A stretch of DNA of 64,000 nt from the human T2T-CHM13v2.0 reference genome, Homo sapiens: NCBI RefSeq assembly GCF_009914755.1, contig NC_060928.1; one strand, 5' to 3'. Under the pieces are notes generated by a model. That model saw nothing but the letters and a program-made list of their open reading frames with translations. It ran no database searches and had not been told where the DNA came from. Made by a program: the position numbers and the translations under genes. How positions within the stretch are numbered: position 1 is the first letter of the stretch; every line of letters starts with the position of its first letter. Below, in pieces: positions 1-14,182 of this stretch.

Positions 1-153
1 TATCAAGAGAGTAGCACCTCAGGGATGATGCTAACGCTTTCATGAGAACTCTGTGCCCATGATCCAATCAGCTCCCACCAAGCCCTACCTCCAACACGAG
101 TGATTACAATTTGACATGAGATTTGGATGGGGAGACAAACTCAAACCATATCA
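1..153 (-). mobile_element. MaLR LTR (MST-like), partial, running off the window start
   Basis: Ends ...CATGAGATTTGGATGGGGAGACAAACTCAAACCATATCA, the reverse complement of the MST/THE1 5' end TGATATGGTTTG...CCCCA..CAAATCTCATG. Confidence 0.85.
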
Positions 154-214
154 GTGGGATTAAAATAATAACTTTTGTTTTCATTATCACTATTTTTATT
201 TCTGAATGAATGCA

Positions 215-589
215 TGTATTTCACTTGTCTTAGACTGCTGTGACATATTACCATAGATAGGTGGCTTACACATAACACATTTGTTTCTCATAATTTTGGT
301 CTCTGGAATTCCTTAGATCAGGCGGCCAGCATGGTTGAGTTCTGGTGAGGGTCCTCTGCCAGGCTTCAGACTGCCGACTTCTCACTGTATCTTCACATGG
401 TAGAGAGAAGAGAGGGGAAACAAGTTCTCTTGTAATGACTTTTCTAAGGGCACTAATCTTGTTCATGAGGCTCTGCCCTCACGAAGTCATCAAATCTTAA
501 TTACCTCCCAAAAGCACTACCTCCTAATACCATCACAGTGGGGATTATGGTTTTAACATGAATTTGGAAGGATCATTCAGTCTATAACA
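215..589 (-). mobile_element. MaLR solo LTR (MLT1A/MSTD-like)
   Basis: Motifs TCTGGTGAGGG, CTTCTCACTGTATCTTCACATGG, TAATTACCTCCCAAA..CCTCCTAATACCATCAC, end CATTCAGTCTATAACA; about 375 bp. Confidence 0.85.
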
Positions 590-829
590 CCAAGAACATG
601 TGAAACTAATCCTAAACATGGCAATGAGAAAGTTTGATCTGAAGTTCTAGAAAGAAATAAAGTGGTTTTTCTAAATAGAATTATCATGAGACAATGAGGT
701 TAACTGTAGAAAGATTAAAATGACTAAGATTTCAGATGGGGATTTGGGGGCAACAGGAATAGTTTTGGACTTTTGCAAGTATGTGGATCCTGTGTTTTGA
801 TTTAATTCCACCTGGAGTAAGAATACCTT

Positions 830-1418
830 TGTTTGAAATGTTTGCTCCTCGGTGCCATAAAGAAACAGCACTTGAACATAAATTTAATTTATTTATTAGG
901 GCCATTTTTACTTCCTGCAGAAAGGGTACACTCACCAGCAGTTTTTCCATGAGAATACACCGAACAAAGGTGACAGGGCCATGTTTAACCTGATGCGTCC
1001 ACCGTACTGCCGTGTCTGGCTTCCACTGGCTGGAACGGAACCTCACATTCTCTATTTGTCCCAATTGGCTAGAAACTTAGAACTTTTTAAAAGAGGCAAA
1101 GGTAGAGAGGAACAAAGGAAGGAGGAAGCAACTTGTGGAACGCTGAGAAAGGTAAAAACACTTTTAAATAAGGAAGAGGAACAGACAATGACTTAATGCT
1201 TGCTTGGAGCACTATAAGCATGCCAGGGCAAATATTTAGGCTAAATTGTGGGAGCTAAGAAGATAAAGTATACTGATTTCTTTACTAAAGCTAACAGATA
1301 TTAAAGAATGTTAGCACAGGTCTTTGAATAAATTTTGCTTCTAAGAGAAGTTACTATTTATTCCTAATTAGATGGGGAGGAAAGTCTTTGAAGAGGAACC
1401 TCTACTTTACTTTTTACA
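830..1418 (-). mobile_element. LTR10C-like solo LTR (ERV1, HERV-I group)
   Basis: Reverse complement begins TGTAAAAAGTAAAGTAGAGGTTCCTCTTCAAAGACTTTCC and ends CATTTCAAACA; 589 bp; 4-bp TSD CCTT at 826-829 and 1419-1422. Confidence 0.9.
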
Positions 1419-4014
1419 CCTTTAAGATATAAAGTGGTTTATTGTTTGAAAAAAGTAAACTCATCATGCTAATTCTCTATCCCACAATTTAGAAGTTAGA
1501 ATTGCATGATGGTAGAGAATAAATCGCAATAATAATATGGTCATTGGTGATATTTAGAAGTCATGCATTCAGGTCTAGACAATGGCACATTTCTAATCAT
1601 TTTCTACATATCATTTGAGCAAAGACAAATTAAATAGTAAATTTCAAAGCTTGTAAAGAAGGGCAACTCAGTATTTGCTAAGGTTACTGAAATTTTGTTT
1701 TACCAGTAAACTAGAAATTAAGGAGATAAAATGTTCTGGTAAATAGTGTTATAAATGGACATGAGACCCGGGTGCCTTACTTGCTCCTCATGCAAGCCAA
1801 ATCAATGTTCATTGGCTTTTTTGTCTTCAGTGAAGTAAACAGAAAATTAAACTATTTGGAGCAGCTCATGATATCCTCTTCATTTTATACCATTATAAGT
1901 TGGTGAAAAACAAGTGGATCAAGGTGAAAGAACAAAAAGGAGAGGAAAATAAGATTCCACTTCATTACAAAAAGGAATTCTTCTTGACCGTCATTAGACC
2001 ATCCTCACTTTTTTGTGTTCACGCATCCATATATTCTACCATATTTTTTAAAGGGATGTTTATAATAAAAAGTCCCACAAATGCCAGCTAATAAAAGCCT
2101 GTGTTTTTGTGTTCATAAATGGTAAATCCCAATACGAGATAGTTATGGTTGGTTGTTTTATGGGAAACACCATAAAATTTTTAATAAACTTTCTAAGCAT
2201 GCTCCAGAAGGAAAGACATCTATCCATACAGATGTAAATGTATTAGCGGTATTTTGATATTCAGTCATTTGACAAATGAGAAAATTGTAAAATAGTAGGG
2301 ATAAATTTTAAATGTATGTCATTATATCTGGAAATGTAAATTTACTATGGAATATAAATACTAACAATATCATATTGTATTTATCCTTGGTGGTCTATTA
2401 AGAGACATAAATGTATTCATTGTGATTTATAGTAATGTGTCATTTGTCAAATCTCAATATGATGTACTTGCCTTTTGGATGAGGTGGTACTAAAACTTGG
2501 AAAGAAATGTGAGTTGGAGAACATACATTTATTTTGTTAGAAGAAATTGTGATGGTTAACAAAGCTAACCATTTAAGCAGGTATATTCTCAGATTGTTCA
2601 AGTCACTGCAATAATTAATTCCAAATGAATTTTATTTTGAAAATACTACTTATAAAATATGTTTAAAATTTAATCCAGTAATATGTTCTTTCTTATCTAT
2701 TTCATGAATTAAAGATATGAAGTAAAAAACAAAAGAAACACTATTAAATCTATTTTATATATTTATTTGATGAAAAATTATTTTTTTCTATGATAGAATG
2801 AACCTTGGACCATTGTTTATCATTTTGTGTCTTCAGGACTTACTTGCAGGTTTCTTGTGGTATTTTAAACTGAAAATGATTTGATGTTAGGGATTACTTG
2901 TTTAATACAGGAGTTGGCTATTGGTAGGATCTCCAAGAATGACTCCAATGTGCCATGACTCCAATGTCCTGCTGGAGGATCTGGTGTTTCTGACCCTGAC
3001 GTGGATGAGGGGACAAAAGGGACTTCCAAGGCTTGCATTACAATAGATTGTTGGCTCCTATCCCTCCTGCTCAGAACTAGACCCTGGGATGTTACTGAAT
3101 AAAACCTTAGATCTTCTCAACTGTATTTTCTGACAGAAAATAATTAAATAGAATGCCAGTCCACCATAAAAATATCACACAAGTGTATCTCTTCAATAAA
3201 AAGCAATTTGCTAATAAAAGCTATGAGATATGTAACTTTTAATGTTACTACTTCTTCAGGACAAGTAGGCACACAAAAAGACACAATGAAAAATGAGAGC
3301 ACTAATCCCACATATTTACCATAATTTACATTACTTTTATATTTCAAAGTATTACTGATTTTCTTGTTCCTCTAAAAATAAAATAAATGGAGAATAAGAA
3401 TCAAATAATATTTGGATTTGTAATAAAACGTTTTTATGCATTTTATGTATGAAATGAGATATATGATTTACTTAATTTGAAATATGATTGCTGATATTAT
3501 ATATAATCACATCGAAACTTTGCAATTGTTAGAGAGACTAAAACTTTTAATATGTTCTCCTCAACTTAGTTTTAATGGTGAGTTTTATTCTATGCTAGTA
3601 ATTGAAAAAGAATAAATGTGAATGGCATGCTCTCTGCTTTTATTGTATTAAACTATGATCATATATAAAATGAAAGGCTTCCAGCACCTATCGAGTTTTG
3701 AAAACTCTAGAAACCATAGAGGTATGAAGGAGAAAAAAGTGGAAAGAAGGACACAGTCACAAAAATGGTTTTCAGCCTGTAGTGACACAGGCTACAGGCC
3801 AGAGACATCAGCTAGCTGATGTGATGATGTTGGTTCACCTTACCCTGCCCAATTGATCTTGCTAGCAATTAAAAAAATTCTGAGACTTATTGGCTTATAT
3901 ACGCATGCCTTTTGAAAATTTCAGGATATAGTGAGGTAGTTTAAGATCTCACCATGGAAAATATTATGAGACAAATGACGAACACTGGGGGGGAAATGAT
4001 TAGATTTTCATCTT

Positions 4015-4190
4015 GCATTTGACTACTCACTAGCTGTGCTTCCTTGGGAAAATTTTTTATAATCCTCTGTGCCTCAGATTTTTTATCTATAAAGTGAAGA
4101 AAATAATAGAAGCTAATACAGGGTTGTTGTGAGTGCTAAATGTTATAGTCCACATAAAGCTATTAGAATAGTGAGTATTTAATAAATCAT
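4015..4190 (+). mobile_element. MIR SINE
   Basis: Core ACTCACTAGCTGTG..CCTTGGG...CCTCTGTGCCTCAG..TTTATCTATAAAGTG, followed by AGGGTTGTTGTGAG. Confidence 0.8.
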
Positions 4191-4405
4191 TTATATTTAT
4201 CATAGGCATAGCAATGATAAATCATTCAGTAGAGTTAGAGTAATTCAACAAGATATAAGTCTCTTCATTTTTCTTTAAGAGTTATGAATAAAACATCTAT
4301 GATAAACCTTTAGTAAATTATATTAGATACTAATAAGCTTATACCCACACCCATATATACACACACATATATATATACCATAAACTAAATGGAATAATTG
4401 TTAAA

Positions 4406-4780
4406 TACTGCATGAACTGAATGTTTATGCCTTCCCCTAAATTTGTATGTTGAAAATCTAATCTCTAGTTTGGTGGTATTTGGAGGTAAGGTTTTTGGGA
4501 GATAATGAGGGTTAGGTTAGGAGCTGACTGTGGAGATACCATAATGGGATTAAATGTCTTCATCAATAGAGGAAGAGATATGAAATTTCTTTTTCTGCCT
4601 GAAGGTACCAAGGAAGGACCATGTGAAGACAAAACCAGGAAAAAGGCACTCACCAAGAATTCCATCATGCTAGCACCCTGTTCTTGGACTTCCAGACTCC
4701 AGAATGGTGAGAAGTAAATTTCTGTTGTTTGAGCCACTCATTTATGCTAATTTGTTACAGCAGCCTGAGTTGACTAAAAT
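4406..4780 (+). mobile_element. MaLR solo LTR (MLT1A0-like)
   Basis: ACTGAATGTTTATG..CCCC.AAATT..TATGTTGAAA start; CTTGGACTTCCAGACTCCAGAA, AAATTTCTGTTGTTT, TTGTTACAGCAGCCTGAG..GACTAA end. Confidence 0.85.
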
Positions 4781-6624
4781 GAACACTAAGTTAATCTTAA
4801 TTAATTATAATTATAGTCAAGTAAAATATTTAAGTGATGAATCATGAATATCTACAAATGTAACAATTTAGATATTTATTTTCATGTGGGACAGTGAGTG
4901 TTATAATTACCATATTTATAGATTATATTTGTATTTTTCCTCAGGTTCACTAAAAATAGAAATTCATCAAAATGTAGCAATTTTATGAAAAATCAGTGTA
5001 TGAAAGTTTAATTCCATATCACCTTTGCTATACAAATCATAAAATGGACTCAATGAGAAAGTTTTCATACAAAAACATATAAATCTAGGTATTTGACCTT
5101 CACTATACCATATATTTTTACACTTGTGAAAAAAGATTTAAAAGTTTTTAAAGCTTAAATGAATTCGGAAATTTTCATGATATTTGTAAATATATATAGG
5201 AGTGATTCCTGAAATCCCAAAATGAATTAAAATTTAATTTCAAAGTCATAATTTAATCTATTCTTGTATTTAAAAATCCAGATGTTATAATTTATTTATT
5301 TTATATGTATTTATTTCATAATAAATAGGGATTAATGCCTTTAAGTAATACAGCTAATTGAGATTTTTTTATATTTGTTTTTAGTATTTGATTCAAACTC
5401 CTCTTTAAAATTTATCACTGTAGAATGTTGTGTTTGTCACCTTACACATGTATGTATATTTTCTAATCTCTTTGTTAACACTGCATTTCAGTGTATTTCT
5501 GTTGAGGTTTTTATTTATGTTTTGGTATAACTACATATTTTTAAGAAGTGACCTTTTGATTTGACTGTTTAGCTGACCTTAATGCTAATAAGATGGGGAT
5601 GAGGTTTCTAATGAACTTGTGTATGGGAATAATGATAGATGGCTTATTTGGAATTCTACAGATGCAGCACTGCCAAGCCTGCTGAGGAGTCTTTGGATCC
5701 TCATTTAGAGAACGGTTTTATTGATTACACACAGAGAGGGAACTTTTTAATCATTTTTATGCACTGTATTGCCTGAGGTAACAAAAATCCATTAAACAAG
5801 GATTATAAACTTTGTTTTAAACTAGATCCTAAATTGTTCCTTGATACATAGTCAACATAGGCTCTATAAGATCAATCACAGTTACTAAGGCATATTAAAA
5901 TCAACTTGTTTAATTTTAATTGCTCATATGCCTGACCCTCTGAGGTGTAAGTGCTCATGAGGCTAAATTACTTTTCTCCCAGACAGGAGTTTCATTTTAG
6001 GTTTGGGTTTTTTACCTGCTATATGGCATCTTAACTGCTCTAATATTTATTTATTTTTAATTCTGATGTCTTTGTCTGCATAAAAGATAATTTACTAACA
6101 GTCAGAAATTTGTACTCTGCATTTTATGCAATTTTTAAAGATTTTTCCAAACATTTATTTGAAGCATTAAAACAACTTTGTGAGTGTGCATGTGAACACA
6201 CATACACCAGTAGACACAAGCTCATGTTCCACATGGATGTATCTTTACAAAATCCTGACTGGTTTTAAGCATTCAAATTAGCTTTATGATATGTTGTTGA
6301 TTATATTTATATTCTTGTCAGGGCCTTACTATTTCTGAATAAGCTCCCAATTGAACCATTATTTCTAAGAGAATATAAGATGGGTTTTATCATAATTTTA
6401 TTTATAATGAGCTTTTAGAAAATAAACTGTATCTTTCTATAAATTAGGAGCAATATCAGAAGTCATACCAAGAGTGTAGTTAATGTGAATACAACTGTGT
6501 CATATTGTAATTCTCTGTAGCTATATCTCTAACTTGCACTGTGTTTTAATTCTCAATTTATACCCACAGCACTCATTTGAGTCATTGACCTTTTTGCAGT
6601 TAATAAATTTTATTTGCATTTAAG

Positions 6625-6695
6625 CCTCCAGAACTCAGCATAATTCCTGGCAAATGGTAGATGTTCAATAGACTGATTGAATGGATGCATGGATA
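6625..6695 (+). mobile_element. L2 3' end fragment
   Basis: CCTGGCAAATGGTAGATGTTCAATA..TGATTGAATGGATG resembles the L2 terminus. Confidence 0.55.
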
Positions 6696-8151
6696 CACAT
6701 CATGAATATTTGGGACAGATTAATCTGGCATGTTGAAATAATTAAAATGTAAAAACAATTGTTGAGTTTTTTTATGGGAGACTGAGGCAAATTTCCAAAC
6801 AAAAAATAATGTAAGATGGAAGGTGACCAACAGGAAGGTAGTCTAAATAGCAGTAGGATAAAGGGCAGACAAAGGGAGACATTATTGAAATAAATAATAA
6901 AAAGTCCATTTGTGGGACTTTGCTTATGCTTGTTTCTATATCTAGACAGGACAAAATCTTTTCATAGCCCTACCTAAAATATCCCTGTTCTATAAGGGAA
7001 ACTAACAGCTCACTTATTCCATTAAGGTTTTCTGCATACCGGTGGCAAACCTGTTGAAATATTGATTTTATTGTTAGGTACACGTTCAATGCTAGAAGCC
7101 AACATTAAAATTTTAGTCATGAAAGGTTATTTTAATATGTCTAATGCATGCCAATTAACTAGTAAACCTCAGATCATTATTTTCTAATTTTTTTCACATA
7201 AATTGAAATAAATGTCACCAAATATTAATGTCTTGCTTCTCGCACACTTCTTTTAACTTCGATTTAGCTGCTGATCTAAGTAACTCAACCAAAAATATTT
7301 AAACACTAAATCAAATGCTACCCACAGTAACTAACTTATTAGTGGTAATATTATGTATATATTTTTAACTTCTTATGATTTTAGTATTCCTATAAACTGG
7401 TACAATTCCATGTACTTACACTATTTCATATAAGATCAGAAATGCAAAACTATTATATAGTAAATGTGTTTATTTACTTCAAATTTTGAATTGTTTTAAG
7501 ATGTTTAAGTTTCTAGCCTTTCTTAGATGTATGAACATAATTAATTACTACTGATTTACTAAGAAAAGTCATGCCACCTATGTTTAAACAAAGGAAAATA
7601 AATTACTCACAAAGTTGTGAGAAATGAATATTGAATTTAATTTAGTTTTCTCATTTGTCTCCATATACTTATTCTAAGTCAACGCCATTCTATGATTCTT
7701 TTACGGAACATACACACACATACCCACATCCCCCCTCCCCCCCACACACACTTGCATGTCCACATGCACATGTGTGAGCTTTAGTGAGTTGGAACCTAAT
7801 GTTTCCACCAAATTTTGGTCAAGTTGTTGCCTACTATGTGTATATAGGAAGTTTATGTTGACAGAGTCCCTTTAAACAAGTTGATTATGATAACTGGAAT
7901 TCATCAACTATAGTTATCTTATAATTATCAGATTTTTATTCTATTTTACTCTATATTATTGAACTATTATTAAGTAAGGGAAAAAAAGCACTTTGGGATG
8001 AGCTGTATGTTCCACGTAATTCAATATTTAGAATTTGTTAGAGGAGTCACCCAAGTGAATAACTGGCCTGCCTGTTACTATCACATAACTTCCTTTTATC
8101 TATTCACCCACGTATCCTTCAGTTGAACAATGTGACATTTCTATATACATC

Positions 8152-8359
8152 TTTTCTTCTTTTTTATTTTTTTTAAGAGAGGGCTTCACTCTGTCACCCA
8201 GGCTGGAGCACAATCCCAGCTCACTGAAACCTCAGCCTTCCAGGCTCAAGCAATCCTCCCACCTCAGCCTGCTGAGTAGCTGGGACCATAGTTGCACCAC
8301 ATCCGGCTAATTTTTGTATTTTTTTGTGGAGACAGGGTTTTGCCATGTTGCCCAGGCTG
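8152..8359 (-). mobile_element. AluJ-type, truncated
   Basis: T-rich tail, CACTCTGTCACCCAGGCTGGAG, GCTCAAGCAATCCTCCCACCTCAGCC (J diagnostics); stops at CCATGTTGCCCAGGCTG. Confidence 0.9.
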
Positions 8360-9961
8360 AACATTTCTATATATTTAATATCATATTTTCCTTAAATGTT
8401 AAGCTTTGCCTAAGTGTTGCATGGATTTGTAGAGAGAAAGTCCCTGAAAGGTCACACAGACTTTGACCAAAATGAAAAGTTGGCAGAAGGTCACATACTC
8501 CTTGGTGACCTGGGGACAGACTCATTTTCAAAGTCTGACCGATTCCAAAACTCAACCATTATCTTAAGTACAAAAGGACAGGTCACAATCCTCAAGCACT
8601 GAGTATTGGATATCCAGAAAAAATGTTACATGATTTAACCTGAAATTCAATTTATATATGTAAACTGTCTTAGTAAAAATAAAAAAAATCTTATCTTTGA
8701 TGCATAAAAAAGCCAAAAACTACTGGAAGTACTAAATACTAAAATTATGTAATATGTGTTGTATTTTTAAAGCTCCCTTATTATATCTTAATTCATATAG
8801 AGAGGGAATATTTATAGACAATATTTATTAATGTTTAAAAAGATATTAAAAAGCACAAAACAGGCTTTTCAGTTTTTTTTAATATTTCCCAAATATTATT
8901 CAGTTTCTGGTGCCTTAAAAGTATTGTGATATATTTTGGGTGGTCAGCAGGGTAGGTACTCCCCTTGCCTTTCAGAACTTACATTACTATACAGACATTT
9001 AAAAATTATTACAGGAAAGAAGTTTGAATGTGATAGGAGTAGGAAAGAGGAGGCTAACAAATTTATTATTGCTTTGATTTTATAAAATTGACAATGAGAA
9101 CATGTTTTTACTCAGAAGTTCAGAAAGAGCACACATAATCTTAAGTGACAAAGACACACCAGACTGTTTAGGCAGATCATGCAAATAAACCCAGATTTCA
9201 AAAGTTGGAAATCGTTACAGCCAGTATATATAGAGGTATGTAGGAGAACCAGAAGATGAAGTCAGTTTGGCATGAAAAGACAAAAGTTCAGTTTGATTAT
9301 GAAGTAATCTTTATTATGACATGAGCGAAGCAAATTTAAGTAAAAATATCTGTGATACGTTGATCAGTGTTAAGATAGTAGAGAATGGCTAAAGCAAAGA
9401 AAGAATGTCAGTATAGATGTGAATTTAAAAATCACTAATATATTTTGAACTCTCTTTGCACTTGCTGAATTAAAAAAGAAGAGAGATAAAAAGTAAAGGA
9501 CAGAGCTTATATACAACATAAGATATAGGAAAGGAACATTTTTTCAACTTTATATTTAAAATGCTATAATGTTGGGCTAATACTTCATTAATTTATTAAT
9601 ATTACTGCATGCTATTTCATTAATTATAAAATTTCAAAATACATTAAGGAACAAGTTGAGTATGGAATTATTCTTTGTCATTAAAAAGACTATTAAAAAT
9701 TCATTCTAAAATATTATCCCTTATTTTCTTTATATCAAAAAAACCATAAACAAAAATTTAAAAAGCAAGGTAATAAAACAAACCATATTTGTCAGATGTA
9801 TGCAGAAAGTGGAACTTAAAAAATAAAGATATGTGCATAGAAAAGAGACACACCAGGGTATTGACAACAATTCATTTGATTATATTTATTTCAGCAAACC
9901 AAATGAATAGTTGAAAATATTACTCATGAGTAGGAACATATAAAAGATCAGTAATGTGCAT

Positions 9962-10492
9962 GAAAGAAGAAAGAAAGAAAGAGAGAGAGAGAAAGGGGAG
10001 GGAGGGAAGAAAGAAGGAAGGAAGGAATGAAGGAAGGAAGGAAGGAAGGAATCGAGGAAAAAAAGAAAAAATTGAAGGAAGGAAGGAACAAAGGAAGGAA
10101 GGAGGGAAAGAAGGAAGGAAGGAAGGAACAAAGGAAGGAATGAGGGAACAAAGGAAGGAAGGAAGGAACAAAGGAAAGAAGGAGGGAAAGAAGGAAGGAA
10201 GAGAGGGAGGAAGGAAGGAAGGAACAAAGGAAGGAAGGAGGGAAGGAAGGAAGGAAGGAAAAAAGGAAGGAGGGAAGGAAGGAGAGAAGGAAGGAAGGGA
10301 GGGTGGGAGGGAAGAAAGGGAGGGAGGAAGAAATCGAGAAAGAGAGCAAGAGTATTTACAGAAGGAAGGAAGGAGAAAAGAAAGAAAGAAAGGAAGAAAG
10401 AGAGAGAGAAAGAAAGAAAGAAAAGAAAGAAAGAAAAAGAAAGAGAATAAGAAAGAGAGAAAGGAAGCCACAAGGAGAAAAAGATAAGAAAG
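9962..10492 (+). repeat. Compound purine-rich microsatellite (GGAA/GAAA/GA), about 530 bp
   Basis: Near-pure A/G strand; accounts for the five low-complexity ORFs called across 9886-10524. Confidence 0.97.
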
Positions 10493-10507
10493 TAGAGGTA
10501 ATCATAA

Positions 10508-10903
<396 letters not shown>

Positions 10904-12044
10904 TAAACTTAACTATATGAATCTATATTCTGGCACCTGAAATTGAGAAATATGTGGAGAATGAGGGAAGATATAAAAGTAAGATAAGCACATCATCTTG
11001 CATGAAGATGTGCATAATGATATTTAATTCTAGTTATTGAATATTAAAGAAAATAAGGTTAAAAATATTCTACACTAACATTAATAATTTATTCCAAATA
11101 ATAGAGGGTAAAATATCAAAGTGCATATAGCAGATGTTCAAAAATTTTTAAAACAGAAGTAGAAATATTAAAACTAAATGATGAAAGTAAGATTAACATG
11201 TTTGCCCTATCATACAACCTCATATGACTGACTGAAATATGTATAGAGACTTATAATATGCAAAAAAACCCAGAGCATGTGGTCATATCAAAAATTCATG
11301 GAACATTTACAGAAGTTCAGAGAGTTAACCCCAAAAACATCTAAAACATGGACTACAGAGTAATATAATTAAGAAATACATAATTCAAGTTAAAAATGAT
11401 TTATTTCCTTAGGAATTCAAACTTATTCTAAAAAAAGACCAAACTGTCATAATCACTGATTTGCCAAGTTTCTTATTATTATTTATGTATTTTTATTGAC
11501 AATTGTGAATGACCAGAAAAGACTCATCGTCAAATAAAAGTGAGAAAGTTTAGCCCATTACATTCTTCTCACACTTTTCTTCCTGTCACAGATCTCAAAG
11601 TAAAGTAAAATGCATTATTATTATCATGAAAGAAAATATGTATTTTAAAGCTTAGAAAGTACAAATAATGTAAGGAATTTAAAATTAATTTCTGGTTAAG
11701 TATGTAAAAGTAATAAACTTTTATTTAAAAAAGTAAAAAAAGGAGATTTTTGTCATTAGTATTTCTAAGCAGATTTTGACCCTAACAGTAAATAATGTCC
11801 TCATTTTTATTTAAATAATGTTCCCTATAGTGGGATATTATGCATAATACTGTGTTAATAAATTTAGACAAAATAGTTTTTTACTATTATACCTATGACT
11901 ATATTTTCTAATTTTTTCTAAGATAACTTCATTAGCAATGTTTGTGTAAATATTTTGTATAAATGCTAAAAATGAAGAGTTTATTCCCTAAAACAATTAC
12001 ATTACATTTATCTGAAATCTTGTGCACCAAAACTTCCACTGTAA

Positions 12045-12182
12045 GCTTAAAGCTAAAGTCAAATGACCTAGGAATCTATATTTGACTGTACCACTTACAA
12101 GCTTTATGAGTTTGGGAATTTAATTGTGATTCTTCTTATATATGTGAAAAATGATTAATAATATATACATTTGTAGGGTTGA
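12045..12182 (+). mobile_element. MIR fragment (degenerate)
   Basis: CTGTACCACTTACAAGCTTTATGAGTTTGGG ... TGTGAAAAATGATTAATAATA..TAGGGTTG. Confidence 0.55.
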
Positions 12183-12244
12183 CATCCATTCTTGTTTTAA
12201 TGGGTTGGCAAAGTTCAGATTATTATTGCGTATTATCTGAATTG

Positions 12245-12385
12245 TTCATTGATTCATTCGCTTATTCATTCATTTAATAACTATTTTCTAAAATCCTTCT
12301 TCTATGTTTGAAACTGTTCTATGTGTTTTGGATACATTAAGAACAGAAAAAAACCTCTGGTCTCCAAGAGCTTACATTCTAGTGA
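12245..12385 (-). mobile_element. L2 3' fragment
   Basis: (TTCA)n start, ACTGTTCTA..TG..GGATACA, CTCCAAGAGCTTACATTCTAGTG. Confidence 0.7.
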
Positions 12386-14182
12386 TTATCAGATCAAATA
12401 TGTAAAATCATCTAAACATATTTGTTGTCTCATAGAAAAAGCACAAAAAACATATGTTTATAGATTTTAAAGTTTCTTAATTTTACATTATTATGACATT
12501 TCCTTAATAATTAAATGAGAAATTCAACCCGGTAGATTTCAATAAAGTGAACATGTGTGTATAATTATTTAATATCCATTTATATTTATTAGATTTATCA
12601 TTTACAACATTGTGAATCTGTTTTAATTACTTCTCCTTTATTAAAATTTTTTTCTTTGATTCTGAGCCTTCCAATTCTTTTCTGTGTACTAGGTAAATGT
12701 CAACAATTTGAGTAATTAATAGGAGAGCTATTCTTTTAAGATTACAAGTATTTTTGGCAATCTGCATTGAATAATAGCTATTTTCATCTATTTGTGTTTT
12801 TCATCAAACTTACAATTTCTTGATTTGAAAAAAACTGAGAGGATGAAAATTAAATATTTGTTTAACCCCTACTATCTGCATGATGATTTAATGCCTTGAA
12901 ATGCCCATAGCAACTGTGGGAAATACATATAACTAACATTCCATAGGTGAAAAAATAGAGACTACTTTGGTAAATGGAAGCATAAAGGATTGAATACTCG
13001 CCTGATTAACTCTATAGTTGATTTTTGTTTTTACACAAAGTTGAATATGAACAAGTTGTTAGAAAAAAAATCAGTATTGTCTCTGTATACATAAGTAATA
13101 CACACAAAAGAAAGGGAAATTTACACAAGAATACAACTGGTACGTTTTTAGGAGTAACTGAGAGTTATATGGATTTACACCTACTTCTCAGCCAATTATG
13201 GAGCACACAGATGGTAGAGTTAAACACTTGTCCTAAGTAAGCGCTTGATTGTGTGATCTTTAAGTATCTGTGGACTGAGTTTGTGAAAATGAGTCAACTA
13301 CAACTTATCATCAAACAGTCAAGGTATCACCAATTTAGAAGTGAATGTTTTCTGCTAAAAGTACTTTGTTTAGTAATACATGCCTCTTGACCCATAAGAA
13401 CATTGACCAATAACTTTCACAGAACTTTTCACTGCCTTTTTGTGCAAATACCCAGAAATCCATGTTTCTGAACGTTTTAAGCATCAGCTTCATCAATCAT
13501 TTTGACAGCCATTGGGCTGGATCAAAGACCCATAAAAAGTTGCAACATGGATGAAAAAACAACTCAGTAGAAAGCAGTTGAAAATGAAAATTTTTCATCA
13601 TTTTTATGCAGTCTAACTTCTTGAATTTTCATGCTTCAACAGAAAAGAGAGAATGAAATTAGCAAGTACAATGACCAGTAAGAATTGAAAATATAACCTT
13701 AAAAACAGATTTGTCTGTCTTTTCTCAAACATGTTTTTGGAACGCTTAATTTTTTCTCTTTATTACTTGGATGCATATATAATACATATTTTAATTTCTT
13801 ACTTGACTTCTTCTGCAATGGTGATTGATAAGGGATTCCTTCAAAACACTTTTGATTTCCTCCTGCTGAAACTTCTCATTGAAGTTACAAGCTTCATGGT
13901 TAAAAAGTAATTTTAACTTATATAAAATTCAGGAAAACTGTCTTGGTTGTATTGTTTTGCCTGTTTGGGGGTATGTGTGTTTGTGTGTATGTATGTTTTT
14001 GGTTGATTTGTTTTAGAAAACAAATACCATTTTTTTTCTAAGAAAAAAAATGTAGCGTGTTTGAATTATTTTGTGTTCGAAAGGTTTGGCTTTTGTAATT
14101 GAACTACAACCTGAACTAAACTATTTTACAGTCTGTGAATTAATGTTGCCAAAGTATCCTGTAAGTAAAAATTAACTGATAA

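Noticed and set aside
2939-2967. 13-bp direct repeat ATGACTCCAATGT, with similar micro-duplications at about 18662, 37156, 42031 and 44838
   Set aside because: Ordinary short tandem duplications; too short to interpret
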